A DNA stretch of 63,977 bases, the filler included, from Octopus bimaculoides (taxonomy: Eukaryota), in assembly GCF_001194135.2 (NCBI RefSeq). It is 5 parts of 5 records of this genome, joined end to end, with 100 filler letters (N's around TTAATTAATTAA, not from the genome) between each part and the next. Parts side by side here need not be neighbours in the genome. Positions count along the whole stretch, not along the records: positions 25,475 to 54,425 come from NC_068983.1; 4 more parts are not named here. One strand, 5' to 3'. The notes under the pieces are model-generated. The model saw only the letters and a list, made by a program, of their open reading frames with translations. It was not told the origin of the DNA and did no database searches. A program made the translations under genes and the position numbers. This document shows, piece after piece, positions 34,930 through 47,830 of the stretch (position 1 is the stretch's first letter; every line of letters starts with the position of its first letter).

Positions 34930-36018
34930 TGACAGACCAACTCTGGGTCTGGAGCAAAGCTTCTACCGGACCAAGGGTGACATAGTAGTGGAACAGTGAA
35001 ATTGACAGGGGCATAAAAATAAAGAGACGGGTTTGGAAAGATTGGAGAAGTTGAGGTCGAAAAGAACCATGTCTTGTAGCAAAAAATGAAAACGAGGAGA
35101 CAAGTTTATCTTGCAATAGCAGAGGCTCCAAAGTAGAGGTTTGCCAATGTCTTCTAGGGTGAGGATAAAAAACGAGAGATGTTCCGGATTACTAAACAGT
35201 ATATCAGAGACAATCGAGAGGTTGTGGGTGAGAAATGTGCACAGATGAACAATAGTATGATCGCGCTTAGTGTCTCTGAAAAGAAAGAGTCGTGGAAGTG
35301 CTATAATGAAAGGTTAATAAATGTGGAGAATGTGTGGGAGAAAGGGAGTCTTCCCGATGTGAACCGAACAGGGGGACCAGCTACCCTAGTTGACAACAGT
35401 ATGATAGATAAGGAAATTAAGAATATAAAAACAGAGAAAGCCCTTGGTCCATCAGGAGTCACTGCTGATATGCTTAAAATATCTGGTAGAGTAGGATACG
35501 GTCTAGCCACCCGTATAGTTAATTAGGTTATTCAGAAAGGTGTCTAGCAACATTATAGTTAACTGTTACAAAGGTAATAGAGATGCCTTAGATAGTAGTA
35601 ATTACAGAGGTATCAAATTGCTGGACCAGGTTCTGAAAGTTACAGGAAGAGTTGTGGCCCAATTAGAAACAGAATTAGAATAGATGAGATGCAGTTTGTT
35701 TTAGTGGTGTGTTGAAGTACTACTGATGCCATTTTCTTAGTTAGACAATAATAGGGAAAGTATTCGGCAAAAGGTAAATATTATACTTGACATTTGTTGA
35801 CCTGGAGAAAACTTTCGACAGGGGTTTAGACAAATGGCTTGTAAATGCCGAACAAGCCGTGTGCAGGGGTGCAGTCAGTAAGGTGAGAATTAGCCAGAAA
35901 TACAGTGATGAATCTAGTGTACAGGTAGGGGTTCATCAGGGATCAGATCTCAGTCCCCTCCTAGTCATCATTGTCCTTCGAGTCATAACAAAAGTATTCA
36001 AAACTGGTTATCCCTGGT
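34930..36018 (+). mobile_element. Decayed RTE-like LINE (RT)
   Basis: KALGPSGVTADML, NYRGIKLL, TFVDLEKTFDR, GVHQGSDLSPLL. Confidence 0.8.
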
Positions 36019-36036
36019 AATTAGTAATTAGAAATT

Positions 36037-36255
36037 GCGGCGAGCTGGCAGAAACGTTAGCACGCCGGGCGAAACACTTAGCGGTATTTCGTCTGGCGCA
36101 ACGTTCTGAGTTAAAATTCCGCCGAGGTCGACTTTGCCTTTCATCCTTTCGGGGTCGATAAATTAAGTACCAGTTACGCACTGGGGTCGATGTAATCGAC
36201 TTATTCTCTTGTTTGTCCCCTCTATGTTTAGCCCCTTGTGGGCAATAAAGAAATA
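36037..36255 (+). mobile_element. SINE family B, complete and young-looking
   Basis: Intact head and tail; agaaattgc repeated at 36030 and 36256. Confidence 0.88.
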
Positions 36256-36729
36256 AGAAATTGCTGGCTTTGTGCCAAAATTTGAAGTCAATATTTCCCT
36301 TGTGTTTACTACTGGTATAGAAAAACAAAGCAATGATTGTAGTATTGCAGGGAATAAGTTCTAAACCGATCGAGTCTGGAAAGCAGTTGAAATTAAAGTT
36401 GGAATCTGTTTGTCTTAGATCAGTAATAGCATTGCGAAAAGCATGAATATTATAATTTCCCAACTTACCCTCTCACATAATCATCTTCGGTTTCATGTTT
36501 ACTCGAAAACGATAACAGGAAACTACTTTAGAATATCATATTTAGTGTATCATGACACTTTTTAATATCTCAGTAAAGTGAATCCGGAAACTGATATGCT
36601 TCTTCTTTTTTTTTTTTTTTTTTTTTTACTACTTTCAACAAGTTGATTGTGGTCATGCTGCGGCACTTCCACGAAACATGTGGTACACTTCAAAAAATTG
36701 CGTATCATGTTTACTCATAAAACAGCAAT

Positions 36730-36857
<128 letters not shown>

Positions 36858-36899
36858 GGTCGCTCCCGTTGGTTTCGATGTATGAGTGTATGAAGGAGA

Positions 36900-37510
36900 G
36901 GACTTAAAGTTAAAGAGAGTAATAGGAAGAAAGAAAAACGAAACTAAGAAGCTGTATCAATCTGCCATGGATGCGTGAATGTAATTTGAGCCCAGGAATG
37001 GATTTTGCTATGAAGTCGCAATGGCGACATTGAGGATTTTGATTTTGCCTGGTATTGGGCAAATGTGTTCTTTTATTGTTCTTTTTTTTCAACTCAAATT
37101 GTTTGTATATATCGTGACATATTTTACGTCATGCACATTGATCTAGCAATGATTTTTCCCAAGATGTCAAATTAAGCTGTAGAGATTTTAGTGATTGCTT
37201 CAACTTATCCTTGAACCAAAGGAGAAGCCTTCCTTTGTCACGATATCCTTCCATTTGTTGGTCATACAGAATAATAAACAATATATATCCTGAATCCCAA
37301 TGCGGATTTCGGACTGGGAGAGGCCGAGTTGACATGATATTTGCCATACAAGTTCAAGAGACAGCACATGAACAAAATACTGATTTGTACATGGTCTTCG
37401 TCGACTTGAACAAAGCCTTTGATACAGTGAATTGTGAGGAGCTCTAGAAAATTTTGTCAAATAATATCCCTGGGAACAGTGAGTAAAAATCTTGAGAAGT
37501 ACATGGAACA
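36900..37510. mobile_element. RTE-BovB-like LINE: 3' end on minus (36900-~37275) joined to an inverted RT piece on plus (~37280-37510)
   Basis: Minus strand: GRLLLWFKDKLKQSLK and C2H2-like CRHCDF..GLKLHSRIH. Plus strand: PESQCGFRTGRG..DMIF..FVDLNKAFDTV. Confidence 0.7.
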
Positions 37511-37679
37511 AATAGTGGCTGCAATAAGGGTGGAACACTTGCAGAAAACAGCACTGCTTGGAGCCGCTCGAATACTCCGGATGGTGCTCGAAAAATAAGG
37601 GGTATTACTTTAGTTCACTGGCAGTGAACAGCTGGCACCGTAGTACATCTCCAGCGTTAGAAGCTGTGCAAAGACAATA

Positions 37680-37721
<42 letters not shown>

Positions 37722-37723
<2 letters not shown>

Positions 37724-40686
37724 CATTGATGGGTAAGGAATTTGTCGACATCGGCTTTATTAGCTCTCTTTGGATATTTGCCATTGCGAGGTTTATCTTG
37801 CCATTTATCAGTAAGAATATCTCAGGCAGCAGTTTTAGCACAGGTTTTCACACGCTGAGCTTTTTCTGTGCTTGTTTCCAGTACGTCTAATTCCAGGATT
37901 TGTTGTATTTGGAATTCACTTAGATATTTTTTTTGCCTGTTTTGTTACTGAGTATGATGTTTTCTTGTTTTCGTGCTTTAAGATAAGTTTTAACATCCAG
38001 TCATCAGAGTTTTTCAGGCAAGTGTTTTAAGCCAATTGAGGCAATTTTCATTGTTAATTCCACTTGTAAAAGTTCACGGCTACCATATTTTGGGGCAGGT
38101 AAAGTCATCCTGTATCTGCCTTAGTGTGGTGTATTCTATGCATTGTCAACAATTTTCGTATTTTTCTGTAAAGATTACATATTTCAGTAATTGAACAGTT
38201 AATATTGAAACTGTAAGTCACGACTGGTATGGCTAAAGTATTGATCTCTTCGATTCTGTTTCTTGCATTTAGATTTGTCTTGAGTGATGCCCTTACCTTG
38301 CAATAACATTCTTTTCTGATCCTTTCCCTCATCACTGAATGTTTGATTCAATCACCTTCAAATACCCCTAGGTATTTGTAGCTCTGCGCTGGTTCTAACT
38401 CCTTTATGACATTCTGTTGGTCAAGATTAACATTGTATGTTTCTGTCATTTTTCCTCTGATAAAGGTAGCTTTTGCCCATCCATCGAGGCCAAATTGCAT
38501 CCTGATGTCATCATTGAATTGTTTAACTATTGCTAGTAAGCCATGTAGTTGTTGGTTACTTTTTGAAAAGAGCTTTCAATCATCCATGTAAAAGAGATGA
38601 TTTATATATTTATCAAATGTTTTATAGCCATATTGCACATCATCGAGCAATTTCGAAAGAGGTATTAAAGCTAGACAAAAGAGGAGTGGTGATAGAGTGT
38701 CACCCTGGAAAATGCCACAGGAAATTCTTACATCTCCAGCATTGAGAGATTCATTGTCACTGTTCAAAGTCTGTGTGGTTCTCCAAGATCTCACACTTAC
38801 AGACAAGAGGTTTCGCAGAGTAGGTGCTATTTTATACATTTCCAGACATTTCTTAATCCAGCTATGTGGTTGACTATCAAAAGCATTTTCAGAGTCTATC
38901 CAGGTTATCGACAAGTTTTTGTGTCGTGTGTGACAATCTTCTAAAATCATCTTATTGATGAGTAGCTGATCTTTACAACCATAAGCCCCACGTTTACACC
39001 CTTTTTGCTCATTAGGGAATATGCCACTTTCTATTAAAAAACTATAGGTATATTCAGACAGGACAGATGTTAGCGTTTTATACATTGTTATTAAGCAGGT
39101 TATGGCTCTATAATTTTTTGGTTCATTTGTTTCTTCATTTTTTGGAAGAGAGTATTTCACTTTGCTTATCAGTTACATTAACTCTTTCTATTATTGCTGC
39201 ACTTTCATCAGACCTGGGCTGGTCTATAATTATTTCCTCTGTAGTTGTATGATTGTTTAATTTGGTGAATCTCTAATTCAGTTAGTAATTTCTTTTTCAT
39301 AATGTTTCTTCTGACGTTGGCAAGTTTGTTACTGTCTATATAGGATCTTACTTGAAGGTGTTTCTGTTTCCAGTTTAGATAGGTTTGTTCCGTGTTAGAT
39401 TTATTTGCGGGGAAATACATGGCATGATAGAAGGCCATAAGAACTTCTTTATTATTTCCCCTTGGCCATTTTACATTATTTTTCTTTCGGTTATTTGATG
39501 ACAAGCGTGGATGGCCATCTGTTGGAATATTCCGATTGTGGGGTACTTCCAGATCCTGTGTTTCGGGAAGATTTGAACCAGTAGCTAATTTTTCTCATTG
39601 TGATGCGCGGCCCTTGTTGATACGGGTGACGACAGATTTGGTATGTATTTTGCTTTGTTATCATTGAAGCATGATGAGCCTGGACGTTGATATTAGGGGA
39701 CGGATCTGTCTGATTAGGGTTAATTTTATGAGACAACACCGAGCTCTCCGAGTTCTCTGAATTAAAATATTGCTAGTAATGTAGCTTCTTAAGGCTAACA
39801 GATCTGCATTCGTCTCTGTTTTCTGGCTTAATATCAGAAACTGAAAGGTTTATCATAACAGCCTAAGATCAATGCCTACCTACAAGGAATTATCAGGCCA
39901 ACATATTAAAGAACGGCAGTAGCTCAACATGCCGTAAGTAAACAACAAAATGAAACCATTGATCGTGCTGTCACCATGTGTAGTCTTCTTGCGCCTACAG
40001 AGTATCTCAACAGGCATGATAGAGCAGCACAATATATTCACTGGGTAATTTTCAGAAACTTGGATATGCTCCATGATAAAAACTGATGAGAACACAAACT
40101 ACCTCCATTGCTTGAAAATGACCACATCTCACACCTCTGGAACTTCGCCGTTCAAACTGACGGAAAGATAGATGCAAATAGGCCAGACATTATATTGAAG
40201 GTATTCAGACAAAAACCATGCTTCTTCATTGATATGACTGTCCCAATCGACATAAATGTATCTATCAAAACCTACCAAAAACTGAGCAAGTATAAAAATC
40301 ATGAAATAGAAATTGGCAAAATGTGGAACATGAAGACTAAAACAATACCTGTTGTCATAGGTACCTTAGAAATGATAGCAAAAGGGGCTGATTCCTACCT
40401 AGCTCAGACACCAGGAAACCCCAAAATGACAGAAATTCAAAAGATAGTGCTCATGGGAACTGCCCATATCCTACGTAAAATACTGTCTATGTAATCTCAA
40501 ATTTTAAAACAAACTTATAAGTTTCTTGTGTTTTCTTAAACATTCTCTAGAACAATATTTTGTGTAAAACCAAATATATGGCACCCTAGGCATAACACCA
40601 ACTTGAACTTCTAACTTGTTGTCACTTGAGGTCTCTGTTTGAGACCTGGAGTCAACTTGTACAAATACAAAGCAAAAGTCAAACAT

Positions 40687-40690
<4 letters not shown>
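37722..40690. mobile_element. R4/Dong-like (RLE-clade) non-LTR retrotransposon with its 5' ~2.1 kb inverted
   Basis: Minus 37722-~39821: N-terminus, RT (NYRAITCL, EQKGCKRG, GIFQGDTLSPLLF, HLFYMDD), ending THQW. Plus ~39822-40494: SGL..ETERFII, RHD, RPDI..IDMTVP..KLSKY (RLE), GTAHILRK*, then 3' UTR and (TAA)n. Confidence 0.85.
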
Positions 40691-40717
<27 letters not shown>

Positions 40718-40719
40718 TA

Positions 40720-40940
40720 ATAAAAAATATTCAGACAAATACATAACAAAAATAGCAGGACTTACAAATATATATAACATACAGAAAATTGCACTACTGG
40801 GTACTGCACACATCCTACGCAAAACACTTTCAATACAGTAAACATAAGAGCACCACAGCAAACCACAGCACATACCCAAGGCGCACAGAGCTGCGCTCGG
40901 TAGTGAAGTGAAAGCACGTTATAAAAATAAAACTACTGAA
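40720..40940 (+). mobile_element. R4/Dong-like 3' end, second subfamily, between (TAA)n tracts
   Basis: KYSDKYITKIAGLTNIYNIQKIALLGTAHILRKTLSIQ* plus UTR, same as 43870-44095. Confidence 0.75.
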
Positions 40941-41371
40941 TAATAATAATAATAATAANNNNNNNNNNNNNNNNNNNNNNNNNNNNNNNNNNNNNNNNNN
41001 NNNNNNNNNNNNNNNNNNNNNNNNNNNNNNNNNNNNNNNNNNNNNNNNNNNNNNNNNNNNNNNNNNNNNNNNNNNNNNNNNNNNNNNNNNNNNNNNNNNN
41101 NNNNNNNNNNNNNNNNNNNNNNNNNNNNNNNNNNNNNNNNNNNNNNNNNNNNNNNNNNNNNNNNNNNNNNNNNNNNNNNNNNNNNNNNNNNNNNNNNNNN
41201 NNNNNNNNNNNNNNNNNNNNNNNNNNNNNNNNNNNNNNNNNNNNNNNNNNNNNNNNNNNNNNNNNNNNNNNNNNNNNNNNNNNNNNNNNNNNNNNNNNNN
41301 NNNNNNNNNNNNNNNNNNNNNNNNNNNNNNNNNNNNNNNNNNNNNNNNNNNNNNNNNNNNNNNNNNNNNNN

Positions 41372-41655
41372 AGCTCAGATACCAGGAAACCCCAAAATAG
41401 CTGAAGTTCAAAAGATAGTGCTCATGGGAACTGCCCATATCCTACGTAAAATACTGTCTATGTGATCTCAAATTTTAAAACAAACACATAATTTTCTTAT
41501 GGTTTCTTAAACATTCACTAGAACAAAACTGTACAAATCCAAATATATGGTACCCTAGGCATAACACCTCCATGAACTTCTAACTTGTCTCTTGAGGTCT
41601 CTGAGTGAGACTTGGATCCAACTTGTACAAATGCAAAGCAAAAGTCAAACATAAA
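41372..41655 (+). mobile_element. R4/Dong-like 3' end, first subfamily, with (TAA)n tail
   Basis: Near copy of 40400-40690. Confidence 0.75.
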
Positions 41656-41675
41656 ATAATAATAATAATAATAAT

Positions 41676-41713
<38 letters not shown>

Positions 41714-41715
<2 letters not shown>

Positions 41716-42270
41716 TATGCCCTGAAGCAGTACCAGACAGTAACTCTCATGGTTTCTGGTCTTAACTGACTGGAAGTGTTATCATGTACATTTTTGTCTT
41801 GGTATTAAAGATGGGCTACAGCAAATATTCTGCTCAATACCACAAATTTGCTTGTCAGTCGTTTGACCATAACCAGTTGAGCATGTCCCTTACTGGCAGA
41901 CGATATGCGCACCTCTGATTACGTGCAGACGTAGTGGGGGAACATCATAGCCATGTGTTGAGAGGAATTCTTTGGGGTTTGAATAACTCCCCTCTGGAAA
42001 CATGGGTGTTTCGTTCAACATCCTTACACAACTCTTATTCAAGGACCTTTTGAGCGGGATGGGCTACTCGACCTGAAGAAAATTCTAACTGGGCCCCACC
42101 TGCAAGGTCATGCACTGTTTACCTTGATATGAGATTACCATGTCACGTACATATAATTGTGATGCATGTGCCTGGTGTACCCTTATCAGACGGGTAGTCA
42201 TGATGGGTATAATGGGCTTCGTATATTTTACTCCAGTGTTACTTTGATAGCATGCACTGCTCTCTCACTC
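41714..42270. mobile_element. About 560-bp non-coding dispersed repeat flanked by microsatellites
   Basis: Second, internally deleted copy at 42907-43253; both abut (TAA)n. Confidence 0.65.
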
Positions 42271-42661
42271 AAGAAGAAGAAGAAGAAGAAGAAGAAGAAG
42301 AAGAAGAAGAAGAAGAAGAAGAAGAAGAAGAAGAAGAANNNNNNNNNNNNNNNNNNNNNNNNNNNNNNNNNNNNNNNNNNNNNNNNNNNNNNNNNNNNNN
42401 NNNNNNNNNNNNNNNNNNNNNNNNNNNNNNNNNNNNNNNNNNNNNNNNNNNNNNNNNNNNNNNNNNNNNNNNNNNNNNNNNNNNNNNNNNNNNNNNNNNN
42501 NNNNNNNNNNNNNNNNNNNNNNNNNNNNNNNNNNNNNNNNNNNNNNNNNNNNNNNNNNNNNNNNNNNNNNNNNNNNNNNNNNNNNNNNNNNNNNNNNNNN
42601 NNNNNNNNNNNNNNNNNNNNNNNNNNNNNNNNNNNNNNNNNNNNNNNNNNNNNNNNNNNNN

Positions 42662-42845
42662 ATATTCACAGACACGACAGAGCTGGGATCTATATACACT
42701 GGAAAGCTATGCCAACACTATGGAATAGCAACAGAAAAAAGATGGTATAAACACATGCCAGAAAAGGTCACAGAAAACGAGAAAGCAACCATACTCTGGG
42801 ATATGCCAATACACACAGATAGAGAAATTAAGGCCAATAGACCAG

Positions 42846-42908
<63 letters not shown>

Positions 42909-44089
42909 GCCCTGATGCAGTGCCAGGCAGTGGCTCCCATGGTTTCTGATCATAACTGATTGGAAGTGTTACCATGTACAAGTTTGTCTTGGTATAAATG
43001 ATGGGTTACAGCAAATATTCTGCTCAGTACCATAGATTTGTTTGTCAGTTGTTTGACCTTAACTAGTTAAGCATTCCCCACCTGCAAGGTCATACGCTGT
43101 TTATCTTGATATGAGATCACCATGTCGCGCACATATGGTTGTGATACATGTGCTTAGCGTACCCTTTTCGGACGGGTGGCCATGGTGGGTATATTGGGCT
43201 TCGTATATTTGTACCCCAATATCACTTTGATGGCATGCGCTGCTCTCTCACTCAATAATAATAATACTGATTACTACCTATTCTAGATACCAGGAAATCC
43301 CAAAATGGAAGAAATTCAAAAAATATTGCCCATGGGAACTGCTCATATCCCAAGAAAAATATTGTCTGTATAATCCCCAAAACATCTTAATCTTTAAACA
43401 TTGTCAAAAGTTCTCTTAAATGTACATGATAGCCAAGACCTTTTACTGTCACCTTAAGATCATACTATCATCTTATAATCAAATTACTTTTAAAACAAAC
43501 TTCTAATTTTCTTAAGTTTTGACAGACGTTTTCAAGAATAATACTCTGTGCAAAACCAGAAATTTGGCACCCTAGTCATAACAGCAACTTGGACTACTAA
43601 CTTGTCTCTTGAGGTCCCTGGGTAAGCAAAAGTCAATCTTATAATAATAATAATAATAATAATAATAAGGCCAATAGGCCAGATATAGTTATCAGAGATC
43701 ATGAAGAAAAAAATGCTTTCTAATTGATGTATCAATACCAACAGATGACAACGATTCTCTAAAATAAAATGGAGAAACTTTCAAAATACAAAGACCTGGA
43801 AATAGAAGTAACTCAAATGTGGAGTCTAAAAACAGAAATAATTCCTATTATAGTGGGCACATTAGGTATAATAAAAAAAAATATTCAAACAAATACATAA
43901 CAAAAACACCAGGACTAACAAATATATATAACATGCAGAAAATAGCACTACTAGGCACTGCACACATCCTACGTAAAACACTTTCAATACAGTAACCATA
44001 AGAGCATCACAGCAAACCACAGCACATACCCAAGGCACACAGAGCTGCGCTCGGTAGTGCAGTGAAAGCACGTTATAAAAATAAGACTA

Positions 44090-44095
<6 letters not shown>
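42662..44095 (+). mobile_element. R4/Dong-like RLE region split by a nested insertion (42849-43665)
   Basis: HDRAGIYIHW...ILWDMPIHTDREIKANRPD | RPDIVIRDHEEKKCFLID...KDLEIEV...GTAHILRK; 20-bp duplication at the breakpoints. Confidence 0.75.
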
Positions 44096-44158
<63 letters not shown>

Positions 44159-44401
44159 CCCCAGTACTTGACTGGGACTTTGTTTTATCGACCTCAAAAG
44201 GATGAAAGACAAAGTTGATCTCGGTAGGATTTGAACTCAAAACATAAAGAACCGGAAGAAATGCCACTAAATATTCTGTCCCATTCAGGTATGCCATTCA
44301 GAAAGTCCTGCAGGCTGAAGATTGCTCAAGACTGCCCCTCGACCCATCGGATCCTGTCAAACCCTCTAGCCCATGCCAGCATAGAAGAACATGGACGTTA
44401 A

Positions 44402-44433
<32 letters not shown>

Positions 44434-44666
44434 ACTTGTACATTTATACTTATGGCTAGGTGGACTAGGACATTGGGAATTATTTGTTTTGGTCGTAGCT
44501 ACAATGCTATGGCGCCAGTGACTCGGTACGAATTAATGATCCTTCTACGAGCAAGTTGACACTACCAGGTGCAATTTCAAACAAAAGAAGGAGCTTTTGC
44601 GCGGTTGCGTTACCTGCTTAAAACAATAGCCATATCTATTCCTAACTACATTACTCGCCTTTCTGA

Positions 44667-44703
<37 letters not shown>

Positions 44704-45707
44704 AATGGTTACACAAGCAAAGTAAGAAAGCGCTTTCTGAATGTAAAATGCTAGAAAGTAGAAATGATAGCCACAGCTGGAATGTCTGTTGAACATCAAG
44801 TCGCTCGGTAGACAATCTAAGGGCCATGGACTTGCTCCACTAAATTTAACCTAGGCCTATATGACAATAACAGCAACAACAGCAACAACAACAACAACCC
44901 CAACAACAAAAACAACCAGCTGCGATTTCAAGAAAGGCAATAAAATTTGTTCAGTGGAGTAGAAGCAATAGGATTTTTAAAAAAAAGGAAAAAAAAAAAG
45001 AAAAAAGAAAAGAAAGGGAAAAGAAAAGAAAAGAATACAAGTGGGTGTTTATGGGTTGATATCTTCACCATTGTCCCATCTCTATCGACACCATCTGTGA
45101 ATACGTGACTTGCGTTGTAAATAACCGTACTCTTATTTGTCAAGTTCATCTCTCCTTGCATATAATTATATGCCTTACAGACCAGTTATCTAACATTATC
45201 CTTTCAGCTTTTAGGGATTGGTTTTTCATACTTCCCCTATTACGCTGAACAAAGAACCAAGAACCCTTCCTTTCAAAAACTGTAAATATACATTGTTAGA
45301 AACCATTTGTGTGCGTTTATATGAGTGTGACAGGGTTATCAATAAACATTTCTTAAATTGGCTGATAATACCATAGTGTAGGTGGAAGCACGAGGTGAAC
45401 TGAACGCGCGACCCAGTTTCTGTCTCAGGTTACGCTATTTCATTTCATTCATGTATATTGGAAAGGACTTAACGCCACAGCACTCCATTTCCAGAAATCA
45501 TCTTTCTACAACCTTCTACAAGCTATACCCATAAAAATGGGTTTTGAACACAACAATGTTAATTAATGAAATATTCGTTAAACCCATGCAGGCGGATTTA
45601 GTATTAATAGTCTGTGCTGTGTACCGGCATTAGGCTGTTCAGTAACTACATAATTTTTCATACTAGGAATTTACAGTGTATTTTCTCAGTGTGGTATATT
45701 TGAGAAC

Positions 45708-46095
45708 TGTGGAGGCGCAATGGCCTAGTGGTTAGGGCAGCGGACTCGCGGTCGTAGGATCGCGGTTTCGATTCCCAGACTGGACCTTGTGAGTATTTAT
45801 TGAGCGAAAACACCTAAAGTTCCACAAGGCTCCGGCACGGGATGGTGGCGAACCCTCCTGTACTCTTTCACCACAACTTTCTCTCACTCTTTCTTCCTGT
45901 TTCTGTTGTACCTGTATTTCAAAGGACCAGCCTTGTCACACTCTGTGTCACGCTGAATTTCCTCGAGAACTACGTTAAGGGTACACGTGTCTGTGGAGTG
46001 CTCAGCCACTTGCACGTTAATTTCACGAGCAGGCTGTTCCGTTGATCGGATCAACTGGAACCCTCGTCGTCGTAACCGACAGAGTGCCAACAACA
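45708..46095 (+). mobile_element. tRNA-derived SINE family C, complete, with 12-bp TSD
   Basis: atatttgagaac at 45696-45707 and 46096-46107; A/B-box-like head; (caa)n end. Confidence 0.9.
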
Positions 46096-46599
46096 ATATT
46101 TGAGAACACAGTGCCGCACAGAGCGAGACATCACATAGTGTTCACACACATAGTGTTTCGATACGGTCAGTACCGCTTCCCGTTTGCAAGAGGTTAAATA
46201 GAAACTACGATCGCAGTACTTATCATTGCGGTTTATATTTTACGTTAGAGCAATTTCTCTTCCCTTGTGTCACGACTATTTGGAGTCAATGCGGCAACCT
46301 AAAATTTCGCTCCCGTTTATGAATCTCAAGTTTTATGCTTAATCGAAAGTAGTCCACAAATATTTATTTCCGAGTGCAAGTTACAAGTAGGCTCCAAGTG
46401 TACGGAGTTCGTGATACAGCTTTTGATTTTTTTTTTATTTTCGGTTAGGATCGATTCACTTCAACATTGTATCAATTTCTTTCCTTTCTATAAAACCTTA
46501 TGGTTTTGCATGAAATCAATCAAAATCAAAACAAAAAAAAAATGGATCCTGTGTCGTATATATTCCAACCACGGACGGGGCGCCGGTCCGTCTCAGGAT

Positions 46600-46750
46600 T
46601 ATTCATTTTTGCCCCCTGAGTGAACTGGAGAAATATGAAATAAAATGTTTTGCTTAAGGACACAACGCATCGCCCGGTCCAGGAAATGAAACCATAATCT
46701 AATGATCATGAATACCACACTCGAACCAATAAGCCACGCGCCTCTACACG
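46600..46750 (-). mobile_element. SINE head and central domain fragment
   Basis: Reverse complement gtagaggcgcgtggcttattggttcgag...cttaagcaaaacatttt. Confidence 0.6.
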
Positions 46751-47515
46751 TGAAATCAATAATGAGTTCTTTCTTTTTATAATAGATATTAACAATGGAT
46801 TTCAATCAATATATTAATGACACTTAATTGTCAACACAATTAAGATGGCAGTGAATGATTATGAAACGCTTTGGTACAGCCGTTTCGGCGCTGCCTATTT
46901 GACGTTGCTGATTCGATGCTGGCTTATTTGACATCATAATGTTGCTTTCGCTTTGATGTTTCTCTAGTTCTCTCTCTCCCTCCCACACCTCTCTCTCTCT
47001 CCCTCTCCCACACCTCTCTCTCCCCCTCTCTCCACTTTTTTCACCGTCTCTCTCCTTTCTCTTTCCATCCCTCTCCCTCTTCCTCTCTCTCTCACCTTCC
47101 CTCTCTGTTTATGTCCATGAATATATTTCTCTTTCTGTGTATGAAGAGAGGAAAGTTTATGTCAATCGTATTCAGTTAATAAACTGTAATGTATCTCTCT
47201 CCTTCCCCCTTCTCTCATTCTTTCTATATGTATGTATATATTCTTGCGCATGCATGTGTGTATGCGTTTGCCTCCAGTGCTAAAAAGTACCGTCGCCAAA
47301 ACAGGCTGAGAATCCAGTCAGCTGAGCAAATCATCCGCGTCCAGACAGCTGCGCCAAATAGCCTCATTCCGAGAGTGAATGCTGGCAAGTTCAGTGAATC
47401 TATTTCAGTTTAGTGCTAATTTCTGTTTTGCTTTTTAATAATGAAGCAGAATATATTGTCAATTGGTGAACTCCAATATACTAACTGGCATTTATTTCCT
47501 TGATAAATGGGAGAT

Positions 47516-47830
47516 AAGGCACGTGGCTTAGTGGTTAGGGTATTCGACTCACGATCATAAGGTCGCGCGTTCGATTCCCGGCGACACGTTTTGTTTTTGA
47601 GCAAGACACTTTATTACACGTTGCTCCAGTTCACTCAGCTGCCAAACATGAGCTGTTATTCAAAGGCCCAGCCTTGTCACATTCTGTATCGCGCTGAATC
47701 TCTCTGAGAATTGCGTTCAGGGTACGTGTGTTTGTGGAGTCCTCAGCCATTTGCACGTTAATTTCACGGGCAGATTGTTCCGTTGATCGGATCAAAAGTA
47801 ACCTTCATCGTCGTAACCGACGGAGTGTAA
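47516..47830 (+). mobile_element. Mosaic SINE: 22588-type central domain with a family C tail
   Basis: ttgagcaagacacttt..cactcagctg followed by ttcaaaggcccagccttgtcac...cgtaaccgacggagtg. Confidence 0.75.

Noticed and set aside
45711-45785. tRNA-like sequences as real tRNA genes (also 23740, 51634 and others)
   Set aside because: Acceptor and anticodon stems do not pair properly, and each continues into a SINE or Penelope body
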